Below, piece after piece: positions 1-8,936 of a stretch of DNA of 43,246 bases. Under the pieces are notes generated by a model. It searched no databases. It was not told the origin of the DNA and saw only the letters and a program-made list of their open reading frames with translations. Where the stretch lies: contig JBBDYJ010000015.1 of the NCBI GenBank assembly GCA_040901675.1, forward strand, positions 121,496 to 164,741. Reading direction: 5' to 3'. The position numbers and the translations under genes were made by a program. This DNA comes from Pirellulales bacterium (lineage in GTDB: Bacteria > Planctomycetota > Planctomycetia > Pirellulales > JAICIG01). How positions within the stretch are numbered: the first letter of the stretch is position 1; every line of letters starts with the position of its first letter.

Positions 1-2
1 CC

Positions 3-53
3 CGTCCCCTTTTCCGGCGCGTCCCCTTTTCCGGCGCGTCCCCTTTTCCGGCG
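3..53. repeat. Tandem repeat, 3 x 17 bp (CGTCCCCTTTTCCGGCG); may extend left of the window
   Basis: Three exact adjacent copies at 3-19, 20-36 and 37-53, no spacers. Confidence 0.9.
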
Positions 54-128
54 TTGAAATAGACGACGAACGTGAGGTCTTGGACCGGATCAATCCGGTC
101 ACTACGAACGGTGCCACCGATTGCGCGC

Positions 129-165
129 CGCCACTGCCCATGTGCGTCTGGCAGGGCGTTTTTTT
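129..165 (+). terminator. Probable intrinsic terminator
   Basis: CGCC-A-CTGCC (129-138) pairs with GGCAG-GGCG (150-158), followed by T7 (159-165); converges on the end of the C26 gene. Confidence 0.55.
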
Positions 166-228
166 ATGCCCCGCGCGGCACAGGTCGGCTCGCAACCAGT
201 GACACCGCCCTGAACGGCCCGCGCCCCC

Positions 229-975
229 CTAGGCGACCAACCGCATGCCGGCCACCTGGCTCTTGATGCCGTCGATGAACTCCTCGAAGATTCGCAGGTC
301 CAGCGCGCTGGCCGAATCGCTCTCCGGATGGAACTGCGTGCCCAGCGCGAACCAGTCGGGGCGGATGCTCTCGATCGCTTCCACGACGCCGTCCGGGCAG
401 CGGGCGGTCACGGAAAAGCCCGGGGCCACCTCGTCGATCGCCATGTGATGCACGCTGTTGACGCGGATTTCACCCTCGCCGTAAACGCGCTCCATCAGCG
501 AGCCAGGCACCACTTCCAACGCGTGGCGATGGGCCGGGTCGAGCGGGTCCTTGTGCGGTAGGGCCTTGGGCATGTCTTCCGGGATGTGCAGATACAGGTT
601 GCCCCCCTCCGAGATATTCAAGAGTTGCATGCCCACGCCGATGCCGAAGACCGGCAGCCGGCGGTCTGAGGCCATCCGGACCAGCCGGCGGTCGAACGTC
701 TCGCGGCGATTGTCGAGCGGCCGTATCGACGGGTGAAGCATGAAGCCGTCGCGGCGAGGATCCAGGTCGGCGCCGCCGACCAGCACCAGGCCGTCGACGA
801 GGTCGAGCACGCGGCCCAGGTCCTTGAGGTCGTTCAGGGGCGGGATGACCAGAGGGACGCCTCCGGCCTTGGTGATCGAGTCGAAATAACCGGCGGCAAC
901 ATAGCTGAAGGCCGGTGCATCCTTCTTGGCGGCACGGTAGTCAGCGTTCAAACCGATCATGGGCTTCGATTGCAT
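229..975 (-). CDS. Peptidase C26 / gamma-glutamyl-GABA hydrolase (class I glutamine amidotransferase) family protein; catalytic Cys absent
   Basis: Motifs DGLVLVGGADLDP, VNSVHH and QFHPE; nucleophile elbow reads GIGVGMQ instead of GICRGMQ; AAGGAG 8 nt before ATG at 975. Confidence 0.9.
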   Translation of the reverse strand: MQSKPMIGLNADYRAAKKDAPAFSYVAAGYFDSITKAGGVPLVIPPLNDLKDLGRVLDLVDGLVLVGGADLDPRRDGFMLHPSIRPLDNRRETFDRRLVRMASDRRLPVFGIGVGMQLLNISEGGNLYLHIPEDMPKALPHKDPLDPAHRHALEVVPGSLMERVYGEGEIRVNSVHHMAIDEVAPGFSVTARCPDGVVEAIESIRPDWFALGTQFHPESDSASALDLRIFEEFIDGIKSQVAGMRLVA

Positions 976-1363
976 GGCTTGCACTCCTTTTTGGACAGGT
1001 CCATTGTCCCTTGCGGCCGTTCCACCATGAAACGACTCGGCAGGTGTCGCGAGGGGCCAAGCGGCCGCGCCAGGAGTGGAAGGCAGGAGCGGAACGAGCC
1101 GGGGGGCCGGTTTTGGGTCGACCCCATCGAGGTAGAACGGCTCGTCCGGCGGGTCGAGTGCGACAGGCGAAGAACAATCCTGAAAAGGTCATCCCTGACG
1201 CAACGGAGGCATCTGGCCTCCGAGCTTCCCATCCTGGGAACGGCAGATTGAGCGAACTAAGTTTCGTCGAGCCTCGCACCCCCTCAACTGAACTTCCCGG
1301 TGTCACCCAGAGAAGGAAAACAAGCCACAGGGCGAGTTATAGGGTCCGCCGAACGAAAGGCAA
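976..1363 (-). promoter_or_regulatory. Putative sigma70 promoter and ~350-nt leader with GGA-loop hairpins
   Basis: Minus strand TTGCCT (1363-1358), 16-nt spacer, TATAAC (1341-1336); hairpins TTCCCA-GGA-TGGGAA (1226-1240), GTCA-GGGA-TGAC (1188-1199), GGACA-ATGGACC-TGTCC (993-1009). Confidence 0.45.
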
Positions 1364-1556
1364 GCAATTCGAGCATTTTGCGTGCTAGCAGGAGCCCAGC
1401 CACAAGATCCAGTGCAAGCACGGCTTAGCTAGCATCGGCAACCGCCGCCGGCCCGCACCCCTGCCCGCAAGGTGCGAAAGGGGTAAACTGAAGGGCTGAC
1501 CGCTGGACATCGTCGATCCGCCTTGGGCGGACTGGCCGCTGAAAACCTGCCCCGCA

Positions 1557-2639
1557 ATGCGATACCGCAACGTTTGCCTGGAAGCATTCGGCTACACGCT
1601 GCCGGACGAGATCGTCACGTCGGCCGAGATCGAGCGGCGGCTTGCGCCCTTGTATACGCGGCTGGGGCTGCCGGAGGGCCGGCTGGAGTTGATGACCGGC
1701 ATCCGCGAGCGGCGCTTCTGGCCGGCCGGCACGCTGCCCAGCGAGCCGAGCATCGCCAGCGCCGAAAAAGCGATCCGTGCCGCCGGCATCGACAAGCGCC
1801 ATCTGGGCGCGCTGGTCCATGGTTCGGTGTGCCGCGACCACCTGGAGCCGGCCACCGCCTGCCGCGTTCACCACGGGCTGAGCCTCCCCTCTCAGTGCCA
1901 GGTTTACGACGTCTCCAACGCCTGCCTGGGGATCCTGAACGGCATGGTGCAGTTGGCCAACATGATCGAGCTGCGGCAGGTCCGCGCCGGCGTGGTGGTG
2001 GGGACCGAGAGCGGGCGGCCCCTGGTCGAGACGACCATCGACGCGTTGAACCATGACCACTCGCTCACGCGCGAGAGCGTCAAGCCGGCCGTTGCGTCGC
2101 TGACGATCGGTTCGGCCAGCGTCGCCGTGGTGCTGGTCGACCGTGAATTGAGCCGCAGCGGCAACCGGCTGCTGGGCGGCATCACGCGGGCCAACACCGA
2201 CCACCACGGCCTGTGCCGGAGCGGCCGCGACGAATCGGTCGCCGGCGACATGCGGCCCTTGATGAACACCGATTCAGAGGGACTGCTGCGCGAAGGGGTG
2301 CAAACGGCGGCCGCTGCCTTTGGAGACTTTCTGACCGAGCTCGACTGGCGGGCCGACGAGATCGACAAGACGTTTTGTCACCAGGTGGGCGTGGCCCATC
2401 GGCGGCTATTGTTCGAGGCGCTGAAACTGTCGCCCGCGATCGACTTTTCGACCGTGGAGTATTTGGGGAACACCGGCTCGGCCGCCTTGCCCATCACGGC
2501 CGCCATCGGCATCGAGCAGGGCCATCTCGCCCCGCACGACCGGGTCGCCCTGCTGGGCATCGGTTCGGGGATCAACGTCGTGATGCTGGGCCTCGAGTGG
2601 CAGGGCGCCGAAGTAGCAGGCACACTCCGTGTGCCGTAG
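1557..2639 (+). CDS. oleA: OleA-type condensing enzyme (FabH/thiolase superfamily, head-to-head acyl condensation)
   Basis: LELMTGIRERR; DHLEPATA (OleA Glu motif); DVSNACLG (Cys); CHQVG (His); LGNTGS; GIGSGIN. Confidence 0.85.
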   Translation: MRYRNVCLEAFGYTLPDEIVTSAEIERRLAPLYTRLGLPEGRLELMTGIRERRFWPAGTLPSEPSIASAEKAIRAAGIDKRHLGALVHGSVCRDHLEPATACRVHHGLSLPSQCQVYDVSNACLGILNGMVQLANMIELRQVRAGVVVGTESGRPLVETTIDALNHDHSLTRESVKPAVASLTIGSASVAVVLVDRELSRSGNRLLGGITRANTDHHGLCRSGRDESVAGDMRPLMNTDSEGLLREGVQTAAAAFGDFLTELDWRADEIDKTFCHQVGVAHRRLLFEALKLSPAIDFSTVEYLGNTGSAALPITAAIGIEQGHLAPHDRVALLGIGSGINVVMLGLEWQGAEVAGTLRVP

Positions 2640-2671
2640 CCTGAAAGTAGCAGGCAGACTCCGTGTCCTGT
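2611..2671 (+). repeat. Pair of GTAG-type REP-like palindromes
   Basis: AAGTAGCAGGCACACTCCGTGTGCCGT (2611-2637; stem GGCACAC/GTGTGCC) and degenerate copy AAGTAGCAGGCAGACTCCGTGTCCTGT (2645-2671). Confidence 0.7.
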
Positions 2672-2744
2672 GCCACTGCTTGGAGGTCCCGATCCCGGCG
2701 CGCCGGGAGGACCGAGAAGCAGTGCCCGTCAGGCTCGAACTCGG

Positions 2745-3341
2745 CTACGGTGCACTTTTCTCGATCAGCTCTCCCTTGCTGGCGGCCAATTCGCGGATCA
2801 AGGGGACCAGGTCCATCGCTTTGCGGGCAACGGCGGCGTGTCTTGAAATTCGGCCGAGGAATCTCGAAGTAGCAAATGATCACGCGGTGGCGGCGTTGCG
2901 GCGTCCTTGCGGTGAGCGTCCACTGGTAGCCATCCCACCTGTGGCGTCCCATTTCGTTTTGCCCGTCATACCGGTTGGGATCGACTTGGACGCGAAGAAG
3001 CCGCGCTCGTCGAGCATCTGTTCGATTTGTTGTGCCACGGAGTTGGAGACGACGTAGACGTCTCCCCAGTTTTCGAAGTTGTCGTCCACGAATGTCGGCC
3101 TTTGTGGCAAGCCGATGTTCTTGTTGGTGGTGATCACCAGGACTTGGTGCACGGCGCCCATGTCCCCTCCTTCCAGCACGTATTCCAGGTAGAAGTCCGT
3201 TTCCTTGCCGCCCGTGTCCTCGTCCGTCGGCCGAGGCGCCATCTCCAGCGGTACCGGGAACGGCTCCACGGGGGCACGCTCGACCTGGCGTGGCATGCAG
3301 CTTGCGAGACTGCAATGCGACGAAGGAGACGTCTCCTCCAT
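2745..3341 (-). pseudogene. Frameshifted hypothetical gene (possible lipoprotein remnant)
   Basis: ORF 2880-3341 looks coding; near 2940 the protein-like text moves to another frame (WDGYQWTLTARTPQRRHRVIICYFEIP), then returns to the first frame after the TGA (HAAVARKAMDLVPLIRELAASKGELIEKSAP*, stop 2745); LASC lipobox-like motif near the 5' end. Confidence 0.45.
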
Positions 3342-3817
3342 TACGGCGAAAGCGGCCGACGATGCGTGATGCCAGGGAACGAAGCGTTGGGAATGAGGAC
3401 GGCTTCATGGCGCTCGCCGAGCAGTTGAACATCAAAGAACTGAAGAAACCCAGCGTGCCCCAGGATGGGCCACACGAGTGGCGCGGCGACGAACCCAACT
3501 ATGGTTTCCCACTCACAGGCTTCAAAGCCGTCGGATAATCGAAGACTAACGCGCCCGTAGGCGTAAGTAATGGGCCGTCCGGCTACCGGCAATGCCTCGC
3601 CTTCATCGGGCGGACCGGTCAGCGAGATACCAAGGATCTTGGCCAGTTGCTCGGGAAACAATGTGTCGTCGGCGCCTGAATCGAGACTACAGTCGAAGAG
3701 GCGCGATTCGTGGACGCCGTTCACTTGTAGTGGGATCAAGGGGCGGTACCGAAACTGGGCACCGGCCAGTGAATAGACGGGCCGGCGCGTTGCCAGTGGG
3801 ACGTAGGCGAACTTCAT
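3341..3817 (-). CDS. Retropepsin-like aspartic protease
   Basis: CSLDSGADDT (D-S-G-A-D catalytic motif); C-terminal ILGHAGFLQFF; ATGA overlap with upstream gene. Confidence 0.85.
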   Translation of the reverse strand: MKFAYVPLATRRPVYSLAGAQFRYRPLIPLQVNGVHESRLFDCSLDSGADDTLFPEQLAKILGISLTGPPDEGEALPVAGRPITYAYGRVSLRLSDGFEACEWETIVGFVAAPLVWPILGHAGFLQFFDVQLLGERHEAVLIPNASFPGITHRRPLSP

Positions 3818-4059
3818 GTCCGCTTCTGCTGCAGGTCGCTCGCACCGATGACCGAATCGTAGGCCGGGACGCCCTCGATGACGCACTGAGCCGGATCTTC
3901 TCCGGCAGCGCGAACCTCGCAGTCCAACGCTTCCAGGTTATCCGAGCTCGCTACAATCCTTTTTCCATCCGGACTCCACGCCACATATTGGCCGGCATAC
4001 TTCTCCAGCTCGCCAGCCGGAAAGTGCTGGCGGTTGCTAAGGTATTCGTGCATCTCCAT
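3814..4059 (-). CDS. DUF5678-like small protein
   Basis: LEKYAGQYVAWSPDGKRIVASS signature; GGAG RBS; translationally coupled to the protease gene. Confidence 0.75.
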   Translation of the reverse strand: MEMHEYLSNRQHFPAGELEKYAGQYVAWSPDGKRIVASSDNLEALDCEVRAAGEDPAQCVIEGVPAYDSVIGASDLQQKRT

Positions 4060-4305
4060 CGTTATCTCCGATCCGAAAACGAGTGCCCGCTAAAGACTCA
4101 GCAATCCAGACTAGCGCTCCCTGAAGGGAATTCCTGTGCTTGCTGCAGCAGCTTGTCAAGCTTGGAGGAACACATGTCCGTCTTCCTGGAAGGGTTCTCG
4201 GCAACAAAGCAATTGTACTCCATTTCCACATTCCGGGCTATGAGTCCCCGTCAGTAATTGCTACGAGACGAACGGGACTCGATAAACGGGCTCAACTACA
4301 AACCG

Positions 4306-4339
4306 CTGGGGCACGCTATCGCTTTGCCGCCAGCCACCC
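4306..4339 (-). repeat. REP-like palindrome (GGGTGGCTGGGGC...GCCCCAG family)
   Basis: Reverse complement GGGTGGCTGGCGGCAAAGCGATAGCGTGCCCCAG nearly matches 27929-27962. Confidence 0.7.
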
Positions 4340-4391
4340 GAGCCATTGCTGAATATCCTTCATGCTTGTCATGGACCCCATGAATGGGTCG

Positions 4392-5186
4392 CTACGAACC
4401 ACGGCGGATGAGGTCGCGATCAAAATAGTTCACCTCCATGCCGGCGTCGACGATGATACGCTGAGCGTTGATGCCGCTGGATCGCGGACTCAAGAGAAAG
4501 GCCACGGCGGCCGCCACCTCGGAGGTCTGCACCGCCGCTTTGCGCAAGGTGGCCTGCTCGGCATACAAGTAGGCGTCGACGTAGCCGGGGATGCCGGCCG
4601 AGGCGGAGGTCTTGAGCAGGCCGGGACAGACGGCGTTGAACCGCACGCGAGAGAAGCGGCTGAACGACTTGGCCAAGAACGCCAGCGACGAGTCCAAGGC
4701 CGCCTTGACCGGAGCCATGAAACCATAGTTTTCGCTGGCCATGCGGGTGGTCGAAATCGAGATCGTGACTACCGAGGCGTCTGCGTCGAACGAGTCCTTC
4801 AAGGCGCGTGACAACGCGATCAACGAATAGCAGGAGACGTCGACCGAGCGCAAGAAGGCCTGCTTCGAGGTCTCGTGAAAGGCGGCCGCCGCCGGATCAT
4901 AGTCGGCAAAGGCAATCGAGTGTACCAGGCCCGCCAACGGCTTGCCGCGCGCCGCCACCGCCTCGCCCAGGCGGGCAACCTGGTCTTCGTGCTCGACGTC
5001 GCAGACAAAAATATGGGCAGGATCGGCCAGACGCGACAGGCCCGCGCGGCGCGCCTCGGAGCGGACGCTGTACAACACCTCGGCGCCTGCCTCAGCCAGC
5101 AGGCTGCCCACGTGCCAGGCCACGCTCTTCTTGTTGGCCAGGCCGCACACCAGAACCGTCTTGCCGGAAAGTTGTAAAAAGTCCAT
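4392..5186 (-). CDS. fabI: Enoyl-ACP reductase (FabI-type SDR)
   Basis: [17 protein letters not shown], catalytic Y-x6-K (YGFMAPVK), PGLLKTSAS; start taken at MDFLQL. Confidence 0.9.
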   Translation of the reverse strand: MDFLQLSGKTVLVCGLANKKSVAWHVGSLLAEAGAEVLYSVRSEARRAGLSRLADPAHIFVCDVEHEDQVARLGEAVAARGKPLAGLVHSIAFADYDPAAAAFHETSKQAFLRSVDVSCYSLIALSRALKDSFDADASVVTISISTTRMASENYGFMAPVKAALDSSLAFLAKSFSRFSRVRFNAVCPGLLKTSASAGIPGYVDAYLYAEQATLRKAAVQTSEVAAAVAFLLSPRSSGINAQRIIVDAGMEVNYFDRDLIRRGS

Positions 5187-5199
5187 CGGCTCGTCGGGA

Positions 5200-5646
5200 T
5201 CAATGTTCCGGGCCGCCGGCGGCATCCGGATCGGCCAGCGTGCAGGCGAACTCGAAACGGGCGGCCAGCTTATCCTGGCAGGTGATGCGGGCCTTGAGAA
5301 AGAAAGCGTCGGCCAGCCGCTCGACCAGCTCGACCTCGATCAGGATCGTTTCGCCGGGCCGCACCATCCGCTTGAACCGCACGTCGTTGATCCGAGTGGC
5401 CACCGGCAGCCCTTTCCTCGGGCCGACGTGAGCCGAGAGCAGGACCGCGCCGGCCTGCATGCCGGCTTCGCACAAGAGCACGCCGGGCGTAATCGGCTGC
5501 CCCGGATAATGCCCCTGGAAGAAAAACTCGTCTCCCCGGAACTTTTTGCGGCAGACGATCCGCTCCGGGGTCGACTCCACGACTTCGTCGACCAGCAGGA
5601 ACGGATCGCGATGCGGGATCGCGGCATGGATGGCGGCCAGGCTCAT
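5200..5646 (-). CDS. fabZ: 3-hydroxyacyl-ACP dehydratase (FabZ-type hot-dog fold)
   Basis: [45 protein letters not shown] overlap with upstream stop; only the 3' end of track ORF 5200..7911 is real. Confidence 0.92.
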   Translation of the reverse strand: MSLAAIHAAIPHRDPFLLVDEVVESTPERIVCRKKFRGDEFFFQGHYPGQPITPGVLLCEAGMQAGAVLLSAHVGPRKGLPVATRINDVRFKRMVRPGETILIEVELVERLADAFFLKARITCQDKLAARFEFACTLADPDAAGGPEH

Positions 5647-7094
5647 ACCGAGGCCGCCCGGACCGTCGCCGCGCCCCCGGCGCGCTTCAGCAGGTAGCCG
5701 TCGACGTCGTTGGCCACGATCACGCCGTAATTCATGGCGCCCAGCCAGCCCGACATGATGATCCCCACGCTGCCGGCGTGATACAGGCCTCCCACCTGGT
5801 CGCCCAGGGCGCGGCTGACGGCCAGGCCTTCGAACTTGGTGCCGAAGCTGGCGCCGGCGACGTGGCGCGTGTAGTGCTCGAAGGTGCGCGGCGTGGAGGC
5901 CTCGACGTGGTCCAGCCGGTCCCGGATGCCGGGCACGTACTTGGAGATCGCGTCGAGCGTGGTTTCGATCAGGTCCTGCTTGCTGGCCTGGTAATCGGCC
6001 TCGGACAGCTCGGCCCAGTCGCTGTAGTTGGCATTGGTGCTGGAGACGATCAGCGAGCGGTTGGTGCCCGGGCGCGTGCGCGGGTAGTAGAACGAGTAGG
6101 TGCGGCTGGTGATGTCGCGGCTGAGCAAGAGCTCGGTGCGGAACACCGGCGCGGTCGAGCTGAACAAGAGGTCGCCGCAGGTCTCGTCGATCGCCTCGCC
6201 CGGCTTGAGGGCCATGTAGACCTGGCAGCTCGAGTTGTTCAGCCGCACCGCGCGGGCCTGGTCCACGAAGCCGCGGTCGAAATGCTCCGCGCCCACCAGG
6301 TTGAAGATGGTGGCCTTCAGGTTGGCGTTGGACACCACGGCCCGCGTCTGGATGGTGCGGCCATTGACGGTCACGGCCCCCACGCGGCCCTGGTCGACGT
6401 GAATCCGCTGGACGTCCGAGCGGATCCGCAGGTCGACGCCGTTGGCCAGCATTTCGTCGCGCATCAGGCCGATCAGCCGGTCGGTGCCGCCCTGGAAGGT
6501 GAACACGCCCTTGGACATGAAGTTGGAGAAGACGATGCCGTAGCTGATGGCCGGGTCTTCCAGCGTCGAACCGTTGGCGTAGGTGATCGGCTCCATCAAG
6601 AGGCGGATGACGTCCTCGCGGCCGGGAAAGAACCGCTCGAACAGCTCGCCCACGGTCAGCGACTGGTCGTCGTAGAAGTTCATCCCGCGGGCGGTGTCGA
6701 AGAAGGCCTGCACGTCGCGGGGCGGCACCTGGAAGCGCTCGCTGAGCAGGCGGGTGAAGTCGTCGCGGTTGAAGGTGGTGGTCAGCGAGAACATCGGGTT
6801 GTCGAAGCGGATGTTCCGCAATTGGACGATCGAGTCGGCGATCTCGCCGGTCCAGTAGCGGCGGCAGCTTTTGACCATGCCGACGGGGAAGCCGTGCAGG
6901 GAGATGTCGAAGATGTGGCCCCCCTTGCGCTTGAACCAGGTGGCCATGCCGCCCAACTGGTAATGCTGCTCGAGCAGCAGGACCGAGCGGCCGGCCTTGG
7001 CCAGCGTGTTGGCGGCGGTCAGGCCGGCCAGCCCGCTGCCGATGACGACGACGTCGTACTGGTCGCGGGCGCCTTTGAGGAAATCTTTGGGCAT
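5643..7094 (-). CDS. Phytoene desaturase (CrtI)-like FAD-dependent oxidoreductase, paralog 2
   Basis: [13 protein letters not shown] (GxGxxG), [20 protein letters not shown]-terminal GLYHAGS..GWLGA. Confidence 0.88.
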   Translation of the reverse strand: MPKDFLKGARDQYDVVVIGSGLAGLTAANTLAKAGRSVLLLEQHYQLGGMATWFKRKGGHIFDISLHGFPVGMVKSCRRYWTGEIADSIVQLRNIRFDNPMFSLTTTFNRDDFTRLLSERFQVPPRDVQAFFDTARGMNFYDDQSLTVGELFERFFPGREDVIRLLMEPITYANGSTLEDPAISYGIVFSNFMSKGVFTFQGGTDRLIGLMRDEMLANGVDLRIRSDVQRIHVDQGRVGAVTVNGRTIQTRAVVSNANLKATIFNLVGAEHFDRGFVDQARAVRLNNSSCQVYMALKPGEAIDETCGDLLFSSTAPVFRTELLLSRDITSRTYSFYYPRTRPGTNRSLIVSSTNANYSDWAELSEADYQASKQDLIETTLDAISKYVPGIRDRLDHVEASTPRTFEHYTRHVAGASFGTKFEGLAVSRALGDQVGGLYHAGSVGIIMSGWLGAMNYGVIVANDVDGYLLKRAGGAATVRAASV

Positions 7095-7100
7095 GGATTT

Positions 7101-8537
7101 CTAGGGTCCGGCCGTCTGGAGCAGGTGGCGGTTGGCGATGGCGATGCCGCTGAAGATGGCGCCAATGATACCGACAAAACCCTGGTCTGTCCCGCAAACG
7201 AAGAGGTTTTCGAGGTGCGTGGTGCCCTGGTAGCTCTTGCGTGGGGCTCCGTAGACGGCGCCGTTGACGTGCCCCGTGAAGCGGCGGATGGTGGTGGGCG
7301 TGAACATGTCGGTGGCGATCACATTGGCGCGGAAGTCGGGCACGAAGCGGACCGCCGAGGCCACCTGGGCGTCGTACCAGCGGAGCTTGGCCAGCCGGTA
7401 CTGCGGGTCGGCCAGGTTGTTCCAGCGGTCGAAATTGGCCAGCGAGGTGATCCGCATCATCCCCTCGGCCGGCGGCTCGTCGTAGACGAAATTGTTGGGC
7501 GAGCAGATGACGCCGCTGCGGACGTCGGCCAGCTCGTCGGGCTTTTGCCATTGGAAGCGGGAGTGGTCGTTGAAGAAGACCACCGTCCGGTCGTGCCCGA
7601 GCTCGCGCGGCTGAGCGTCGAGGATCGACATCGATTCGATGAACGAGAGCTGCCCTGCCGGAGAATCGTCCAGCCGGCTGACGTCGTCGCAGAGCCGCAT
7701 CGTCTCCAGCCAGCCGGCGCTGGAAAGGATGGACTGGGCCTCCAGCTCGGCGCCGTCGTCGAGCACCACCCGGCGGGCGCGGCGGTCCTCGACGGCGATG
7801 CGGCTCACGCCCGAGCGGAGCCGCAGCTCGCCGCCCAACTGCTTGAACTTGCGGACCAGCGTCTTGAGGATCACCCGCACTCCGGCGAAAGGCCGCGCCA
7901 GCCCCTCGCAAAACACGCTGCGGAACATCACCGAGAACTGGGCGAAGTCCATGTCGTTCTCCCGCGCGCTGCCGTAGAACATCAGCGGGCAGAACAGCAT
8001 CTCGATCAGCAGCGGGTCGCCGATAATCCCGGCCACGACCGAACGGGCCGACAGGCTGGCGGTTGAAAAATCGAGCTCGTCGTAGTCGGCGATGCGGGCC
8101 AGCAGCCGCCGGAAGTTGTCCTTCTCATGCGGGAAGTGCTGGTGGACCTGCGACTCGAACAGGCCGAAGTCGTTGTTGAAGTCGAGCGAGACGCCGGGGA
8201 ATGCAATCCGCGAACCGATCTGCGGCGCCAGGGCAAACTCGTCCCAGCCGATCCGCAGTTGCCGCAGCAAGCTGGCCAGCGGCCCCTTGCGGGTCCCCTT
8301 GGGAGTGTAATTCGTTACCGCGTGCAGCCCCACGTCGTAGTTGCGGCCGTCGAGCCGGTAAAACGAATTGAGGCCCCCGATCGTGGTGTGCCGCTCCAGG
8401 ATGCAGACCCGCCGATCGTAGTAGGCCAGCCGGATCCCGGCCGCCAGTCCCGACATGCCGGCCCCGATGATGACCGTGTCGTAAGCAGTGTCGCGCGGCG
8501 GCGGATGCTCTGGAGTGGCTGGCACGTGGGCTGGCAC
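7101..8537 (-). CDS. Phytoene desaturase (CrtI)-like FAD-dependent oxidoreductase, paralog 1 (start uncertain: GTG 8537/8525 or TTG 8615)
   Basis: YDTVIIGAGMSGL, LERHTTIGG, FTPTTIRRFTG..GAVYG, NLFVCGTDQGFVGIIGAIFSG. Confidence 0.88.
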   Translation of the reverse strand: MPAHVPATPEHPPPRDTAYDTVIIGAGMSGLAAGIRLAYYDRRVCILERHTTIGGLNSFYRLDGRNYDVGLHAVTNYTPKGTRKGPLASLLRQLRIGWDEFALAPQIGSRIAFPGVSLDFNNDFGLFESQVHQHFPHEKDNFRRLLARIADYDELDFSTASLSARSVVAGIIGDPLLIEMLFCPLMFYGSARENDMDFAQFSVMFRSVFCEGLARPFAGVRVILKTLVRKFKQLGGELRLRSGVSRIAVEDRRARRVVLDDGAELEAQSILSSAGWLETMRLCDDVSRLDDSPAGQLSFIESMSILDAQPRELGHDRTVVFFNDHSRFQWQKPDELADVRSGVICSPNNFVYDEPPAEGMMRITSLANFDRWNNLADPQYRLAKLRWYDAQVASAVRFVPDFRANVIATDMFTPTTIRRFTGHVNGAVYGAPRKSYQGTTHLENLFVCGTDQGFVGIIGAIFSGIAIANRHLLQTAGP

Positions 8538-8611
8538 CGGGCGGCCGGCCTCTGGACGTCGTGGCAGGCAGCGGCCGGAGTTCTTGTTGAACGATGGTTG
8601 CCGATGGCGCG

Positions 8612-8872
8612 TCAAACCTTCTCGAGGTCCTTCATGATCGGCCCCAGGTACGCGACCGTGCTGTTCATGCTGCGCAGCTCGAGGTAGTCGTCTTCCGGGA
8701 TCTGCACGCGATAGCGCTTGCGCAGCTCCATGACGATGTCGAGGAAGTCCATGCTGTCCAGCTCGAGCTGCTCGCGGAACGAGACGTCGTGGTCGAGCTG
8801 CGACAGGTCCTCGTCCGGGGCGATCCCCGCCAGGATGTCGATCACTGCTTCCCTGATGTCGGCCGGGCTCAT
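8612..8872 (-). CDS. acpP: Acyl carrier protein (cluster-specific)
   Basis: 86 aa acidic protein with LELDSMD phosphopantetheine-Ser motif; AAGGAG RBS. Confidence 0.93.
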   Translation of the reverse strand: MSPADIREAVIDILAGIAPDEDLSQLDHDVSFREQLELDSMDFLDIVMELRKRYRVQIPEDDYLELRSMNSTVAYLGPIMKDLEKV

Positions 8873-8936
8873 CAGCTCGGTCTCCTTTTCGGTTGTCCCA
8901 CGTATGGCCCGCCGGGTGTTCCGCCCGCCGAAGCCG

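Noticed and set aside
3..53. CRISPR array
   Set aside because: Repeats are directly adjacent with no spacers, and no cas genes are present
2880..2882. Second selenocysteine candidate (TGA followed by an open frame)
   Set aside because: No Cys/redox context or convincing hairpin; flanking residues are better explained by frameshifts
4097..4231. Small ORF or toxin remnant upstream of the DUF5678-like gene
   Set aside because: Only a vague KLDKLLQQA resemblance; too short to support
5200..7911. 903-aa track ORF
   Set aside because: Off-frame shadow of the two flavoprotein genes; only the last 148 aa (FabZ) are real
5778..8066. 762-aa plus-strand ORF, and similar long antisense ORFs (8718-10325, 19070-20713, 24382-25986, 27923-30133, 38110-39822)
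   Set aside because: Antisense shadows of well-supported genes, expected in high-GC DNA; no motifs
5643..8537. Carotenoid biosynthesis cluster
   Set aside because: No phytoene synthase, GGPP synthase or cyclase nearby; the flavoproteins are embedded among ACP-dependent genes
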